Source: Microcoleus sp. (GTDB lineage: Bacteria; Cyanobacteriota; Cyanobacteriia; Cyanobacteriales; Microcoleaceae). From it: DNA of 64,000 bases. Below, in pieces: positions 41,268-52,041 of the stretch. Under the pieces are notes generated by a model. It searched no databases, was not told the origin of the DNA, and saw only the letters and a list, made by a program, of their open reading frames with translations. The translations under genes were made by a program, and so were the position numbers. The stretch lies in contig CP181291.1 of assembly GCA_052279835.1 (NCBI GenBank), positions 1,952,001 through 2,016,000 on the forward strand, given 5' to 3'. Within the stretch, counting starts at the first letter, position 1. Each line of letters begins with the position of its first letter.

Positions 41268-41444
41268 TGGGGAATTGGGAATTGGGAATTGGGAATTGGG
41301 AATTGGGAATTGGGAATTGGGAATTGGGAATTGGGAATTGGAAATTGGGAATTGGGAATTGGAAATTGGGAATTGGGAATTGGGAATTGGAATTAACACA
41401 AATAACCAATAACCAATAACCAATAACCAATAACCAATAACCAA
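41268..41444. repeat. Adjacent STRR arrays (GGGAATT)n and (AATAACC)n
   Basis: About 17 and 6 heptamer copies. Confidence 0.93.
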
Positions 41445-41454
41445 TTACTAATGA

Positions 41455-42408
41455 CTATTGTTCATGCAGTTCGTAAGCAGCTACAATCCGCTGCACTAAC
41501 GGGTGTCGCACCACATCCGCCTGAGAAAATTCGCAGAAAGCAATCCCCTCAACATTACCGAGAATTTTTTGTGCAACTGCTAATCCCGACTGTTGATTGG
41601 GGGGTAAATCGGTTTGAGTGATATCGCCTGTCACCACCATTCTCGAACGAAAACCCAGACGAGTTAACACCATTTTCATCTGAGCGGGGGTGGTATTTTG
41701 AGCTTCATCTAAAATTACGAAAGCATTGCTGAGAGTGCGCCCACGCATATAAGCTAAAGGAGCTACTTCAATCAGCCCTCTTTCCATTAAATCAGCCATT
41801 TTTTCGGGATCGATCATTTCTTGGAGGGCATCGTAAAGCGGCCGCAAATAAGGATCGACTTTTTGCTGCAAATCTCCGGGCAAAAATCCTAGTTTTTCCC
41901 CAGCTTCTACGGCGGGTCTGGTTAAAATTAGCCGTTCGTACTGCTTGCTTAACAGGGCTTGGATGGCGAAAATAGCTGCTAGAAATGTTTTACCAGTACC
42001 GGCAGGCCCGATGCAAAATGTCAGGTCATGGGTGCGTACTGCTTGGACGTACTGTCGCTGCTTGAAGGTTTTGGCTCTGATTTCTTCGCCACGGCGGGTT
42101 TTGGCGAGAACGTCTCGCTGCAAGTTTTGCAAATCGTCTTGGCGGTTGGTATCGAGAGCGAGGCGCGCTGTCTGGATTTCCACTCCGGTAATTGTTTTAC
42201 CTGCTTTCCAGAAGTCGGAGAGCGATCGCACTAATTTATGACACAATTCTACTTGATTTTTTGTGCCGGAAATCAGCAGTTCTTGGCCACGCATGACTAA
42301 GTTTGCGCCGGTTTGCTTAGAGATAGTTTTCAGATTTTGTTCTTGATGGCCGGCAAGCGACATGGCGCTTTGAGGGCTCGGCAACTCTATGATTAGTGTT
42401 TCAGTCAT
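41455..42408 (-). CDS. phoH: PhoH-family ATPase
   Basis: GPAGTGKT, RPAVEAGEKLGFLPGD, AYMRGRT, DEAQN, GDITQTDL, VVRHPLV. Confidence 0.96.
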   Translation of the reverse strand: MTETLIIELPSPQSAMSLAGHQEQNLKTISKQTGANLVMRGQELLISGTKNQVELCHKLVRSLSDFWKAGKTITGVEIQTARLALDTNRQDDLQNLQRDVLAKTRRGEEIRAKTFKQRQYVQAVRTHDLTFCIGPAGTGKTFLAAIFAIQALLSKQYERLILTRPAVEAGEKLGFLPGDLQQKVDPYLRPLYDALQEMIDPEKMADLMERGLIEVAPLAYMRGRTLSNAFVILDEAQNTTPAQMKMVLTRLGFRSRMVVTGDITQTDLPPNQQSGLAVAQKILGNVEGIAFCEFSQADVVRHPLVQRIVAAYELHEQ

Positions 42409-42807
42409 GCCAACATAAGCTCCCTCCAAATAAGCAATTAAAAGTTAACAATTACCAGTTAGATTGGTCGCAGTTTGCAAACAAAAAAACGCCAGGTACT
42501 AGCTTTTACCTAGTATCTAAGGCGTCTTTTAGATTTAGCTCCCAAATGAGTTTGGTGCTTGAGGTACAAATCAAATCTCCTTTCTATCAAGTCAGGCAAC
42601 TTTAGATGTTAGATTTTAGATGTGAGATTGTAGATGTGAGGTTTTAGATTTTAGATTTATCTAATCCCGTTAATATTTTAGCTTTTAATTTTTTGCCCGA
42701 TCGCACAATCGGCAAACTAAAATCAGACGGGATTTGTAAAAAAAGTTTACAACAGACAATCTAAAATCTAAAACTATTTGGTTGCAGACTTGTTCGCCAC
42801 AGAGCAG

Positions 42808-43308
42808 TTAATAGCCTGGAGTATTTCTGCTGGTTCTAAACGTAGGTGTATTAGTGCGGCGAGGTTGCTCTCTGGGAGCTCTGCTAGGTAAGGTCGTGGG
42901 TGGCGGTGCGGAGGTTCGGGGTCGGAAGTCTCCTCGATCGCGAGAACCGCGATCGGGGCGATCGGGCCTGGGTGCAGGCGATCGCATTTCACCAGCTTCA
43001 CCATCGTATATGTCTAAGTAGACAGACTGGCCGGCCGTCTGCGCCACCGCTTCGAGGGTAGTTCTAATAGCCTGAATATTACGTCCACCCCTACCGTATA
43101 CCCGTCCTTTGTCTGGATCGTCAAAAGCTAGTCTCACCCAGACCCGCGACTGACGGGGGTGGATTTCACAATCAACCCGCAAAGAGCCTGGGGACTCTAA
43201 AAAAGGGCCTATTAAAAATTTTACCAGTCCAGCGTAGTTAGGACTAGCTGACGGAGGCTGTGTTGCTGGATTCAATGTTGGCTCCGGCTCCGACTTGTTC
43301 AAATACAT
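42808..43308 (-). CDS. khpA: KH-domain RNA-binding protein
   Basis: [17 protein letters not shown]; directly downstream of rpsP. Confidence 0.85.
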   Translation of the reverse strand: MYLNKSEPEPTLNPATQPPSASPNYAGLVKFLIGPFLESPGSLRVDCEIHPRQSRVWVRLAFDDPDKGRVYGRGGRNIQAIRTTLEAVAQTAGQSVYLDIYDGEAGEMRSPAPRPDRPDRGSRDRGDFRPRTSAPPPTTLPSRAPREQPRRTNTPTFRTSRNTPGY

Positions 43309-43531
43309 TCGCTTTTCTCAGGATGTCACGCACAGTGTCAGTTGGCTGAGCGCCTTGTTGCAGGCGCTTGACAATCGCTGGAACATCCAGCCTCGTTTCG
43401 TTATTTCTGGGGTTGTAAAAGCCGAGCTCTTCTAGAGGGCGGCCGTCGCGGCGGGTAGAACTGTTCATCGCTACAATCCGGTAGCTTGCCTCGCGTTTCT
43501 TCCCGTATCTCTTTAATCGCAGTTTGATCAT
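43244..43531 (-). CDS. rpsP: 30S ribosomal protein S16
   Basis: [12 protein letters not shown]...YRIVA...[13 protein letters not shown]...GAQPTDTV. Confidence 0.97.
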   Translation of the reverse strand: MIKLRLKRYGKKREASYRIVAMNSSTRRDGRPLEELGFYNPRNNETRLDVPAIVKRLQQGAQPTDTVRDILRKANVFEQVGAGANIESSNTASVS

Positions 43532-43650
43532 CTTCTTGCACAATAGTCCTCGCCTAATTGTGACACAATTCACGCGCGAAATTTCACATTGTGTGTCGGG
43601 GATGGAACATGGGAATCTGGCAACTGCCAACTGCCTAATGAGTTCTGGCA

Positions 43651-44988
43651 TCAACCTCCCAGCAAAATATCGCTGCGATTTGCTGCCCCTAGGGCTGGTC
43701 TGCGGCCGTCAATATGGGGCGTAATTACCTTCGGTAAAGTCGATGCTGTTCCCCAACGGCCAACCAATTTTTGCAAAAACACATCTTGCTGGGCTCTCAA
43801 AGAGTCCCAATCGGTACCGCGATTAATGATTGCAAACCAAACTAAACCCCGATCCCGCGTTGGTATGGCTCCAGCCAAGGCAATCACGCTGTCCAAAGTG
43901 CCTGTTTTCACCACAGTGTAGGGGGGAATGTGCCGATGTTCGAGAGTCCCTGCATCGCGCCCAGACACCGGAAACAAGTCAGCAACAGTCAACGGAGTAG
44001 TTTGAAGATAACGCCCGATCGCCTGCATCATTGCACAAGCAGCCCTGGGAGACATCTGATTTTCCACTCCCAATCCCGAACCGTTAACTAATTGAAGTTC
44101 CGCCGCCGGCACACCAGCGGCCCAAGTAGCTTGCTGCTGCACAATTTTTGCCCCGCCCAAATTGTCAGCCAACATCTGAGCCATTTGATTATCGCTGTGG
44201 ACGTTCATCTGCTTGAGAATTTCCACCAAAGGAAGCGATCGCCGCGTCATCAGCAAACGCCCAGAACCCACAAATTGCTGCTGAGCAACTGTGCTACCAA
44301 CCACAACCACCTGCGGTCGCTTCGTACCCGGAGGCATTTTAGAATAGATTGACTGCACATCCCGCGACCAACTGCGACCATTGAGGGCCTCCCGCAACAA
44401 CTCCCCCGCCGTCACAGGATCGGACTGTTGATTCATGCGGAAATTGCCAGTCACAATTAAATTGCCCGCGACGCGACGAATTCCCAGATCGTTGAGAGCA
44501 TTACCAACGGCGATCGCCTCCTCCCATACAAACAGAGGGTCGCCCCCCCCGCTCACCACCAAATCCCCCTGCAACACGCCATTGCGAATCGGCCCGGTCC
44601 CCCGGAACCTGGTCTCAAACTGATAATCCGCACCCCAAGTTTCTAGGGAAGCTAGAGAAGTGGCAATTTTGGTCAGGGAAGCCCCTGGCATCAGTGTGGT
44701 TCCCTGCTGACTTACCAGTGGCAACATTCCCGCCTGGACCCAAACTCCCTGATTTCCCTCAGTCAGCCCCTTCGTCTTCAAATCCTTGAGAAATTCCTGC
44801 ACTGCGGTGGAGGCTGGTAAATCGGGATTGGTCCGTGAGACTCCCCCGTTCGCCAAATCCATCGCGACTCCTAACCCTGGTATCCCTCCCTCCCAAGCCA
44901 GCACCGAGGCAGCATTTGCCCCCGCACTGCTGACCCCAGCCATATGCAGCCACACAGATATAATTCCAGAGCTAAATAAATCCAGCAT
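43651..44988 (-). CDS. dacB: D-Ala-D-Ala carboxypeptidase/endopeptidase (peptidase S13)
   Basis: SLTK (SxxK), GGGDP, SDN, NGSGL, KTGT. Confidence 0.9.
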   Translation of the reverse strand: MLDLFSSGIISVWLHMAGVSSAGANAASVLAWEGGIPGLGVAMDLANGGVSRTNPDLPASTAVQEFLKDLKTKGLTEGNQGVWVQAGMLPLVSQQGTTLMPGASLTKIATSLASLETWGADYQFETRFRGTGPIRNGVLQGDLVVSGGGDPLFVWEEAIAVGNALNDLGIRRVAGNLIVTGNFRMNQQSDPVTAGELLREALNGRSWSRDVQSIYSKMPPGTKRPQVVVVGSTVAQQQFVGSGRLLMTRRSLPLVEILKQMNVHSDNQMAQMLADNLGGAKIVQQQATWAAGVPAAELQLVNGSGLGVENQMSPRAACAMMQAIGRYLQTTPLTVADLFPVSGRDAGTLEHRHIPPYTVVKTGTLDSVIALAGAIPTRDRGLVWFAIINRGTDWDSLRAQQDVFLQKLVGRWGTASTLPKVITPHIDGRRPALGAANRSDILLGG

Positions 44989-45213
44989 TTTCCACTCCTA
45001 AAGTCCTATTAACTATTGCATTGAGTTTGGGAATTTCCCGTCCACCGATTTGAGATTTTAAGTTGAAGATTCGAGGATTTTAGACTGTATCAGTAGGGTC
45101 CTCCATGGCAATAGTCTCATTGGCGATCGCCAAATGTAATTCTTTATTCATACTTCTCGACTCAGGCTCCAGACTTCCTGGTAGAATCTTGAAGGTTTCT
45201 CAAAGATTGGGCA

Positions 45214-46263
45214 ATGGGATCGACACGCGCAAGAATTGCAATAGACGCTATGGGTGGGGATCACGCCCCCGCCGAAATTGTGGCTGGAGCGCTTAAGGCA
45301 CAAGCAGAATTAGGCGTAGAGATTTTGCTGGTGGGCGACCCGCAGCAAATAGAAGACTCGCTCCGACAACAAGACGCGCTGGGCCGCGTCTGTGCAGGTC
45401 AGCTTGAAATCGTTGCTTCTGAAGGAACGGTGGAAATGCACGAAGAACCTTTGAGTGCCCTCAAACGCAAGCCTAAAGCTTCGATTAACGTAGCGATGAA
45501 TTTGGTGAAGCAGCAGCAAGCCGATGCTGTGGTGTCCGCTGGTCACTCCGGCGCGGCCATGGCTGCGGCTCTGTTGAGATTGGGACGACTTCCTGGGATT
45601 GACCGCCCTGCCATCGGTGCGGTGTTGCCGACAATGGTAGCTGGTCGCGCTGTACTGATTCTGGATGTCGGTGCTAACGTGGACTGTCGCCCCAAATTTT
45701 TGGAGCAGTTCGCGGCCATGGGAACCATTTACAGCCAGTACGTACTGGGTGTGGCTGAACCCAAAATCGGTCTGCTCAATATTGGTGAAGAACCTTCTAA
45801 AGGTAATGACGCAGCAGTGCGTACTCATCAATTATTGGTAGATAACCCTCATATTCCTTTTGTGGGGAATGCTGAAGGTCGTGATGTGCTCTCTGGTAAC
45901 TTCGACGTGATTGTGTGTGACGGCTTTGTCGGCAACGTTTTGTTGAAGTTTGCCGAAGCGGTGGGCGAAGTTGTGGTGCAGGTGCTCAAGGAAGAATTGG
46001 TCAAAGGACTCCAACATCAAATTAACGATCCTCTGCTGCAAAAAAGTCTGCAAGGATTCAAGCAGCGGGTAGACCACGTTGAACACGGTGGCGGTTTGTT
46101 GTTGGGCGTTGCTGGAGTTTGCATTATCAGCCACGGTTCCTCTCAAGCTGCTTCCATTGCCAATGCGGTGCGTTTGGCGAAGGGAGCTATTGATAACCAA
46201 GTTCTGGAGCGAATTCAATCGGAATATCGCCACAGTGCCATCGAACAAGAAGCTAGGAATTAA
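45214..46263 (+). CDS. plsX: Phosphate acyltransferase PlsX
   Basis: IAIDAMGGDHAP, RPA, LDVGAN, LLNIGEE..KG, DGFVGN. Confidence 0.97.
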   Translation: MGSTRARIAIDAMGGDHAPAEIVAGALKAQAELGVEILLVGDPQQIEDSLRQQDALGRVCAGQLEIVASEGTVEMHEEPLSALKRKPKASINVAMNLVKQQQADAVVSAGHSGAAMAAALLRLGRLPGIDRPAIGAVLPTMVAGRAVLILDVGANVDCRPKFLEQFAAMGTIYSQYVLGVAEPKIGLLNIGEEPSKGNDAAVRTHQLLVDNPHIPFVGNAEGRDVLSGNFDVIVCDGFVGNVLLKFAEAVGEVVVQVLKEELVKGLQHQINDPLLQKSLQGFKQRVDHVEHGGGLLLGVAGVCIISHGSSQAASIANAVRLAKGAIDNQVLERIQSEYRHSAIEQEARN

Positions 46264-46543
46264 AGTTAGTAGGTAGATGGACATAAATCAACGTCACTAG
46301 AGCCGCAGAGAGTTAGGAAGCTTGTCCCTAGTCTGAGCGATTGCTTTGCTTCTAGGTGTGGACACGCAACATATATGTTTAGCTACTTACTGGGGAATTA
46401 AAAATTAAAAATGTCAAGTTAAAATTGTAAAATTAAACAAGCTTTTTTGCTGAAAAAAACTGATTTCAGTTGATGCTTAATTTTTGTTAGTTTGTAGTTT
46501 TTAATTTTTAATTTCTAGACCGATCGCTCATAAATGGAGAAGA

Positions 46544-47545
46544 ATGTTGCAGCAATCAGGGTTTGGTATTGCCGTCACGGGTAGCGGTTCTTGTACACCG
46601 CCGGTTTCGCTAGATAATCACGGTTTGAGTCAGATAGTGGAAACCTCTGATGAGTGGATAGCGGCGCGCACAGGAATTCGATCGCGCAGATTGGCGCATC
46701 ATGGAATGTCTTTGTGCGATTTGGCCACAGAAGCCTCTCAGCAGGCGCTATCCATGGCACAAATTTTGCCGACAGATATAGATTTGATTATTTTGGCGAC
46801 ATCGAGCCCTGACGATTTGTTTGGGACTGCGGGTCAAATTCAATATCGCTTGGGTGCGACAAAGGCTGTGGCTTTTGATTTGACAGCAGCTTGTTCGGGC
46901 TTTGTGTTTGGTTTGGTGACAGCCTCTCAGTTCATTCGGACAGGGGTTTATCAAAATGTGTTGCTGATTGGGGCAGATATTTTATCTCGGTGGGTGAATT
47001 GGTCCGATCGAGGTACTTGCATTCTGTTTGGAGACGGTGCAGGTGCGGTAGTATTGCAAGCTTCAGAAGTCGATCGCTTTTTGGGATTTGAAATTCGCAG
47101 CGATGGTACTCAAAATTCCTCTCTCAACCTGGCTTACAAAGCACAGTCAAAGGAATTAATTGAGGGTGTGAATATTGGACAAGGTGCTTTTCAACCTATC
47201 ACCATGAATGGTCAAGAAATCTATCGGTTTGCGGTGAAAAAAGTCCCGGAAGTAATCGAAAAAGCGATGTTTCGGGCAAATATTAGCGCCACAGAAATTG
47301 ACTGGCTGCTGTTACACCAAGCGAATCAGCGAATTCTGGATGCAGTGGCCCAAAGGCTAAATATTCCGCCGGAAAAAGTCATTAGTAATTTGGCACATTA
47401 CGGAAATACATCCGCAGCATCAATTCCTTTGGCTCTGGATGAAGCCGTGCGTCAGGGTAAAGTCAAAGCGGGAGATACTATTGCTGCGGCTGGTTTCGGT
47501 GCAGGTTTGAGTTGGGGGGCGGTGATTTTTCAATGGGGAAGTTGA
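46544..47545 (+). CDS. fabH: 3-oxoacyl-ACP synthase III
   Basis: TSDEWI..RTGI, AACSGF, FGDGAGA, HQAN, GNTSAAS. Confidence 0.97.
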   Translation: MLQQSGFGIAVTGSGSCTPPVSLDNHGLSQIVETSDEWIAARTGIRSRRLAHHGMSLCDLATEASQQALSMAQILPTDIDLIILATSSPDDLFGTAGQIQYRLGATKAVAFDLTAACSGFVFGLVTASQFIRTGVYQNVLLIGADILSRWVNWSDRGTCILFGDGAGAVVLQASEVDRFLGFEIRSDGTQNSSLNLAYKAQSKELIEGVNIGQGAFQPITMNGQEIYRFAVKKVPEVIEKAMFRANISATEIDWLLLHQANQRILDAVAQRLNIPPEKVISNLAHYGNTSAASIPLALDEAVRQGKVKAGDTIAAAGFGAGLSWGAVIFQWGS

Positions 47546-47942
47546 AGCAAGGGCGACAGACTATAAATTCATTTTAGTTGTGTTCAGGCTCTGGGGCGAT
47601 CGCGGGAAAATTTAAGAGGTAAAATCTGACAATTTTGCCACAGCATCAACCCTTGCGGGCGATCGATCGCGTGTTGCTCAATACTGGTGGCGGTGGATTG
47701 TAGCTTTTGCTTGTGAAACTAAAAATTCTCTTGCTGCGATTGACTTTCGGCAATCGGAAGCTAATAAATTATTCCACAAAGAGTAATGACCTTAAAGTAG
47801 CAGAAATAAATTATAGGAAATTTTCAAAAAAGTTCCCCGCTCTGTTATAATTGTAAGTCGCGCATAGATAGTGAATGAGCGAGAAACAAATAATTTTTGC
47901 AATCACCAATTAGCAAGTACCAATTAGTAAATTACCGGAAAA

Positions 47943-48821
47943 ATGACTAAAACAGCATGGGTATTTCCCGGACAAGGTTCCCAAGCGATCGGGATGGGTG
48001 CAGACTTATTAAACTTGCCAAAAGCCAAAGCCAAATTCGATCTAGCAAAAGAGATTTTAGGCTGGTCTGTCCCAGAGATTTGTCAAGAAGAAGCAAAACT
48101 CTCTCGGACTCTCTACACTCAGCCTTGCTTGTACGTGATAGAAAGCATTTTGACCGATTTAGTGCGCGAAAAGTTCGATCGACCTTCCCTAGTGGCAGGT
48201 CACAGTTTAGGAGAATACACCGCCCTCTATGCTGCGGGTGTGTTTGACTTTGAATCAGGATTGCGCTTAGTGAAACGCCGCGCCGAACTGATGGATAATG
48301 TCTCCGGCGGGCAAATGGTAGCTTTGATCGGATTCGACAGACAGGAATTAGAATTGCAAATTCAATACAGTCGAGACGTTGTGCTAGCTAACGATAACAG
48401 CGAAGCACAAGTAGTCATTTCTGGAACCCCCACAGCCGTAGAAGAATTGCTGGCCAAAATCAAAGTCAAACGGGCCGTAAAATTGAATGTTTCCGGGGCC
48501 TTTCACTCTCCCCTGATGTCACCAGTGGCTGCGGAGTTTCAACAAGCTTTAAAATCGGCCAAATTCTCAGATGCTAAGATGCTGGTGCTTTCCAATTCGG
48601 AACCGACAGCTACCACAAGTGCAGCTACTTTGAAGCAGCGCTTGACTCAGCAGATGACAAAAGGCGTGCGGTGGCGAGAAATTTCCCTACAATTGCCACA
48701 ACACGGAATCGATCGAGTTGTGGAAATTGGGCCCGGTAAAGTGCTCACAGGTTTGATTAAACGAACAACTCCAGATTTAACCTTAGTAAATGTGAGCTGT
48801 TTGGCAGATTTGCCGACTTAA
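47943..48821 (+). CDS. fabD: Malonyl-CoA:ACP transacylase
   Basis: FPGQGSQ, GHSLGEY, VSGAFHS, EIGPGKVL. Confidence 0.97.
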   Translation: MTKTAWVFPGQGSQAIGMGADLLNLPKAKAKFDLAKEILGWSVPEICQEEAKLSRTLYTQPCLYVIESILTDLVREKFDRPSLVAGHSLGEYTALYAAGVFDFESGLRLVKRRAELMDNVSGGQMVALIGFDRQELELQIQYSRDVVLANDNSEAQVVISGTPTAVEELLAKIKVKRAVKLNVSGAFHSPLMSPVAAEFQQALKSAKFSDAKMLVLSNSEPTATTSAATLKQRLTQQMTKGVRWREISLQLPQHGIDRVVEIGPGKVLTGLIKRTTPDLTLVNVSCLADLPT

Positions 48822-49027
48822 TTTATGGTTAACCTAGCAACATCAAAAAGCCAAATTTAATAGCCAGATAGCTGCTGGTGCATCTGTGTTTGGCAAATAT
48901 ATTTGTAGGGGCGAAGCATGACGGCTGTAAATCTATGGTTATAACTAATAAATTGTCTGCGGTCATGCTTCGCATATGCAAAATCGGGATACCTGACTGT
49001 TTAGATTACAATCAAGGAAATTTGAGA

Positions 49028-52003
49028 TTAATCGTCTACTCCTGCAATGGGAGCAAAACCTTGTCGCTGAATATTTTCAGTGATGGTGCGAGGTTCGAGG
49101 AATTGTAGCAAATAATCCGGGCCACCGGCTTTGGAACCAACTCCCGAAAGTTTGAATCCTCCGAAGGGTTGCCGCGATACCACAGCCCCTGTAATTCCGC
49201 GATTGATGTACAGGTTTCCGACTTCAAAATCTGCGGCGGCGCGATCGATATGGGAAGGCGTGCGAGAATACAATCCACCAGTTAAAGCAAAATTCGTGCC
49301 GTTAGCAATCGTAATTGCTTCATTAAAATTCTGGGCCCGAATCACTGACAAAACCGGACCAAAAATTTCTTCTTGGGCAAGAGTTCCTGTGGGTGGTACT
49401 TCCGTCACAATTACTGGGCCAATGAAATAGCCGGTTTCGGGTGCCGACATTTCTAAAGCGATGTTAGCTTCGGCGCGGCCTTTGGCGATGTATTCGCGGA
49501 TGCGGCCATGAGCATTCCCATCGATGACTGGGCCGACTTGAGTGCCGGGATTTTCGGCAGGGCCAACATTGAGCGATCGCGTGGCTTCTACTAATCTTTG
49601 CACAAAAGTGTCATAGACCGATTCGACGACAATTACTCGCGAACAAGCGGAACATTTTTGACCGCTATATCCAAAGGCAGAATAAACAACCCCAGCTACA
49701 GCTTGGTCTAAATCAGCACTTTCATCGACAATAATGGCATTCTTGCCACCCATTTCGGCAATCACTCGTTTCAGGTGTTTTTGTCCTGGTTGTAAAATCG
49801 CAGCATCAGCATAAATTTTGCAACCAACTTCTTGAGAACCGGTGAAAGTAATCATGTGGACATCGGGATGTTTCACCATGTAAGCGCCCACGGTTGAACC
49901 TTTACAGGGCACGTATTGAAATACGCCTTTGGGGATGCCCGCTTCTAGCAAAATTTCAGTAATTTTAGCGGCAATTACTGAGGATACTTCCGCAGGTTTG
50001 AGTAAAGTACAATTCCCTGCAACTAGGGAAGCAACTGTCATCCCCACAGGAATTGCTAGGGGGAAATTCCAAGGAGAAATGATTAAAGAAATGCCACGGG
50101 GCTGATAGCTGTATCGGTTAGTTTCTCCGGCGACATCGTAATTTTGCCCTTGGTCCAACCGTTCCATTTCGTCGGCGTAGTAGCGACAAAAATCAATGGC
50201 TTCGGAAACTTCAGCATCGCATTCTCTGACTGGTTTGCCGACTTCAAATACCATCCAAGCTGACAGTTCGTGCCGTCTTTTTTCCATCAATTCTGCGGCT
50301 TTGCGCAGCACGCCGGCGCGCTGTCTAACGGGGGTTTTCCGCCAACTGGTAGACGCATCTTTGGCGGCTTGCAGGGCTTGTATGGCTTGTGATTCCGAAA
50401 GCAATCCGATTTTACCAACTACTTCTGTGGGGTTGGAAGGATTGAGGGAGTTGACTGTGGTTTCAGTATTTTGGTATTCGCCGTTAATTAGGGGTAAATA
50501 GGTTTGTCCGAGGATTCCCCGGACTGATTTAATGGCTGTTTCTGCTTGTTTGCGGAGTTCGGTATTGGCGTAGTCTGTATCGGCTACGTTGGGAAATACT
50601 TTGCTGTAAACTAGCTGGTCATTGCCCTTGGCTACTGGGGCGGCTAATAATTGGTCGATCGGCATTTCTTCGGAACTTTGCCGGATGAAGGAACTGTTGG
50701 CGGTATTTTCCAGCAAACGGCGGATTAAGTAGGCCATTCCTGGGAGTAAATCGCCGTAGGGACAATAGACTCGGACGCGATAACCCCGATCGACTAATAG
50801 CTTAGCCAGTTTGTCGCCCATGCCGTACAATACTTGCATTTCAAAGCGACGGCGTGGTATTTTTAGCGTTTCGGCGATCGCGATCGCCCTGGCTTGCGAT
50901 CGAACGTTATGACTGGCGATCGCTGCATACAAATATTCATGATTTTCCAGCAGCAACTGGGTCATTTCTTCAAAGTTGGCATCTGTCGCAACTTTGTCAT
51001 TGTAGACAGGCTGCGGCCAATCTTTCTGCATCGCTTTAATCGTTTCCTGATCCCAGTAAGCGCCTTTTACCAGACGCACTGTTAGCGGAGTGCCACGTTT
51101 TTTCGCCCAATCAATAATCCCTTGCAAATCTTGTTTGCTGTCGCGCAAATAGGCTTGCATTGTAATACCGACATCTGTGCGTCCGCGAAACTCTTCTTCT
51201 AACAACAATTCTTTGAGAATGCTGAGAGTTAAACCTTTATAAACATACTGTTCCATGTCGAAATGGACAGCAGCGCCCAACTCCTTGGCGCGACGGAGTA
51301 AAAAGCGAATTCTATCGCTAACTTTGGCCTCGCTACCTTTGGCATCCAGCGGGTCAAACTGAGAATAAAATGCGGTCAACTTGACAGATACTTGTACTCG
51401 TGGTAAAGTTTCACCATCAGCTTTATCGATCGCATCTACCTGAGACCAATTTTTCGCAGCGATGCTCAATTCCTGCATTAGTTCCAAATAGCGATCGAGA
51501 TAATTTTGAGCCTCAGTTTCCGTAATTACAGCTTCCCCCAAAAGGTCAACGGTAAAACCCATTTTATCCTTGCGAAGTCGTTCTAAAGTTTTAACTACTT
51601 GCTTGATATTTTCCCCAGAAATATACTTGTGCGCCAAAGTTTCCACAGCCGGCGCAACGGTTGTGGCTGCCAATTGTCCGGGAATCGAATCAGCGTTAGT
51701 AAAACTGAGCAATTTTTTCAAAGCTTCGGGCAATTCTACCTCTTCAGCAGTCAGGTATTCTTGCAGGTGACGGGCAATTTCCGGCTTGCTGCGGAGGGCC
51801 GGCAAACAGTCAATAAATCGAAACAACTGCACCCGGAGTCCGGGGCTAGCCATTGCCCAATCCATCAGTTTGTCGTCCCAGCGCATTTGGTCTTGTAGTT
51901 GACCCAAAAAGGAGCGTTTTTTCTCTTGAGTTGCCTTAAGAATTTCTTTAGCAATTTCCTGGGTTTTTGCTTCGTAGATACTTGGAGATACTTGTGCGAT
52001 CAT
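49028..52003 (-). CDS. putA: Bifunctional proline dehydrogenase / P5C dehydrogenase
   Basis: RLVKGAYWD, YLIRRLLEN, SPWNFP, FTGS, EMGGKN, GQKCSA, EEIFGP. Confidence 0.96.
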   Translation of the reverse strand: MIAQVSPSIYEAKTQEIAKEILKATQEKKRSFLGQLQDQMRWDDKLMDWAMASPGLRVQLFRFIDCLPALRSKPEIARHLQEYLTAEEVELPEALKKLLSFTNADSIPGQLAATTVAPAVETLAHKYISGENIKQVVKTLERLRKDKMGFTVDLLGEAVITETEAQNYLDRYLELMQELSIAAKNWSQVDAIDKADGETLPRVQVSVKLTAFYSQFDPLDAKGSEAKVSDRIRFLLRRAKELGAAVHFDMEQYVYKGLTLSILKELLLEEEFRGRTDVGITMQAYLRDSKQDLQGIIDWAKKRGTPLTVRLVKGAYWDQETIKAMQKDWPQPVYNDKVATDANFEEMTQLLLENHEYLYAAIASHNVRSQARAIAIAETLKIPRRRFEMQVLYGMGDKLAKLLVDRGYRVRVYCPYGDLLPGMAYLIRRLLENTANSSFIRQSSEEMPIDQLLAAPVAKGNDQLVYSKVFPNVADTDYANTELRKQAETAIKSVRGILGQTYLPLINGEYQNTETTVNSLNPSNPTEVVGKIGLLSESQAIQALQAAKDASTSWRKTPVRQRAGVLRKAAELMEKRRHELSAWMVFEVGKPVRECDAEVSEAIDFCRYYADEMERLDQGQNYDVAGETNRYSYQPRGISLIISPWNFPLAIPVGMTVASLVAGNCTLLKPAEVSSVIAAKITEILLEAGIPKGVFQYVPCKGSTVGAYMVKHPDVHMITFTGSQEVGCKIYADAAILQPGQKHLKRVIAEMGGKNAIIVDESADLDQAVAGVVYSAFGYSGQKCSACSRVIVVESVYDTFVQRLVEATRSLNVGPAENPGTQVGPVIDGNAHGRIREYIAKGRAEANIALEMSAPETGYFIGPVIVTEVPPTGTLAQEEIFGPVLSVIRAQNFNEAITIANGTNFALTGGLYSRTPSHIDRAAADFEVGNLYINRGITGAVVSRQPFGGFKLSGVGSKAGGPDYLLQFLEPRTITENIQRQGFAPIAGVDD

Positions 52004-52041
52004 TGGTGATTGATAATTAATAAGAACCAGAGACGGATTTA

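Noticed and set aside
43532..43654. N-terminal extension of S16 in the ORF track
   Set aside because: S16 homology starts at MIKLRLKR (43531)
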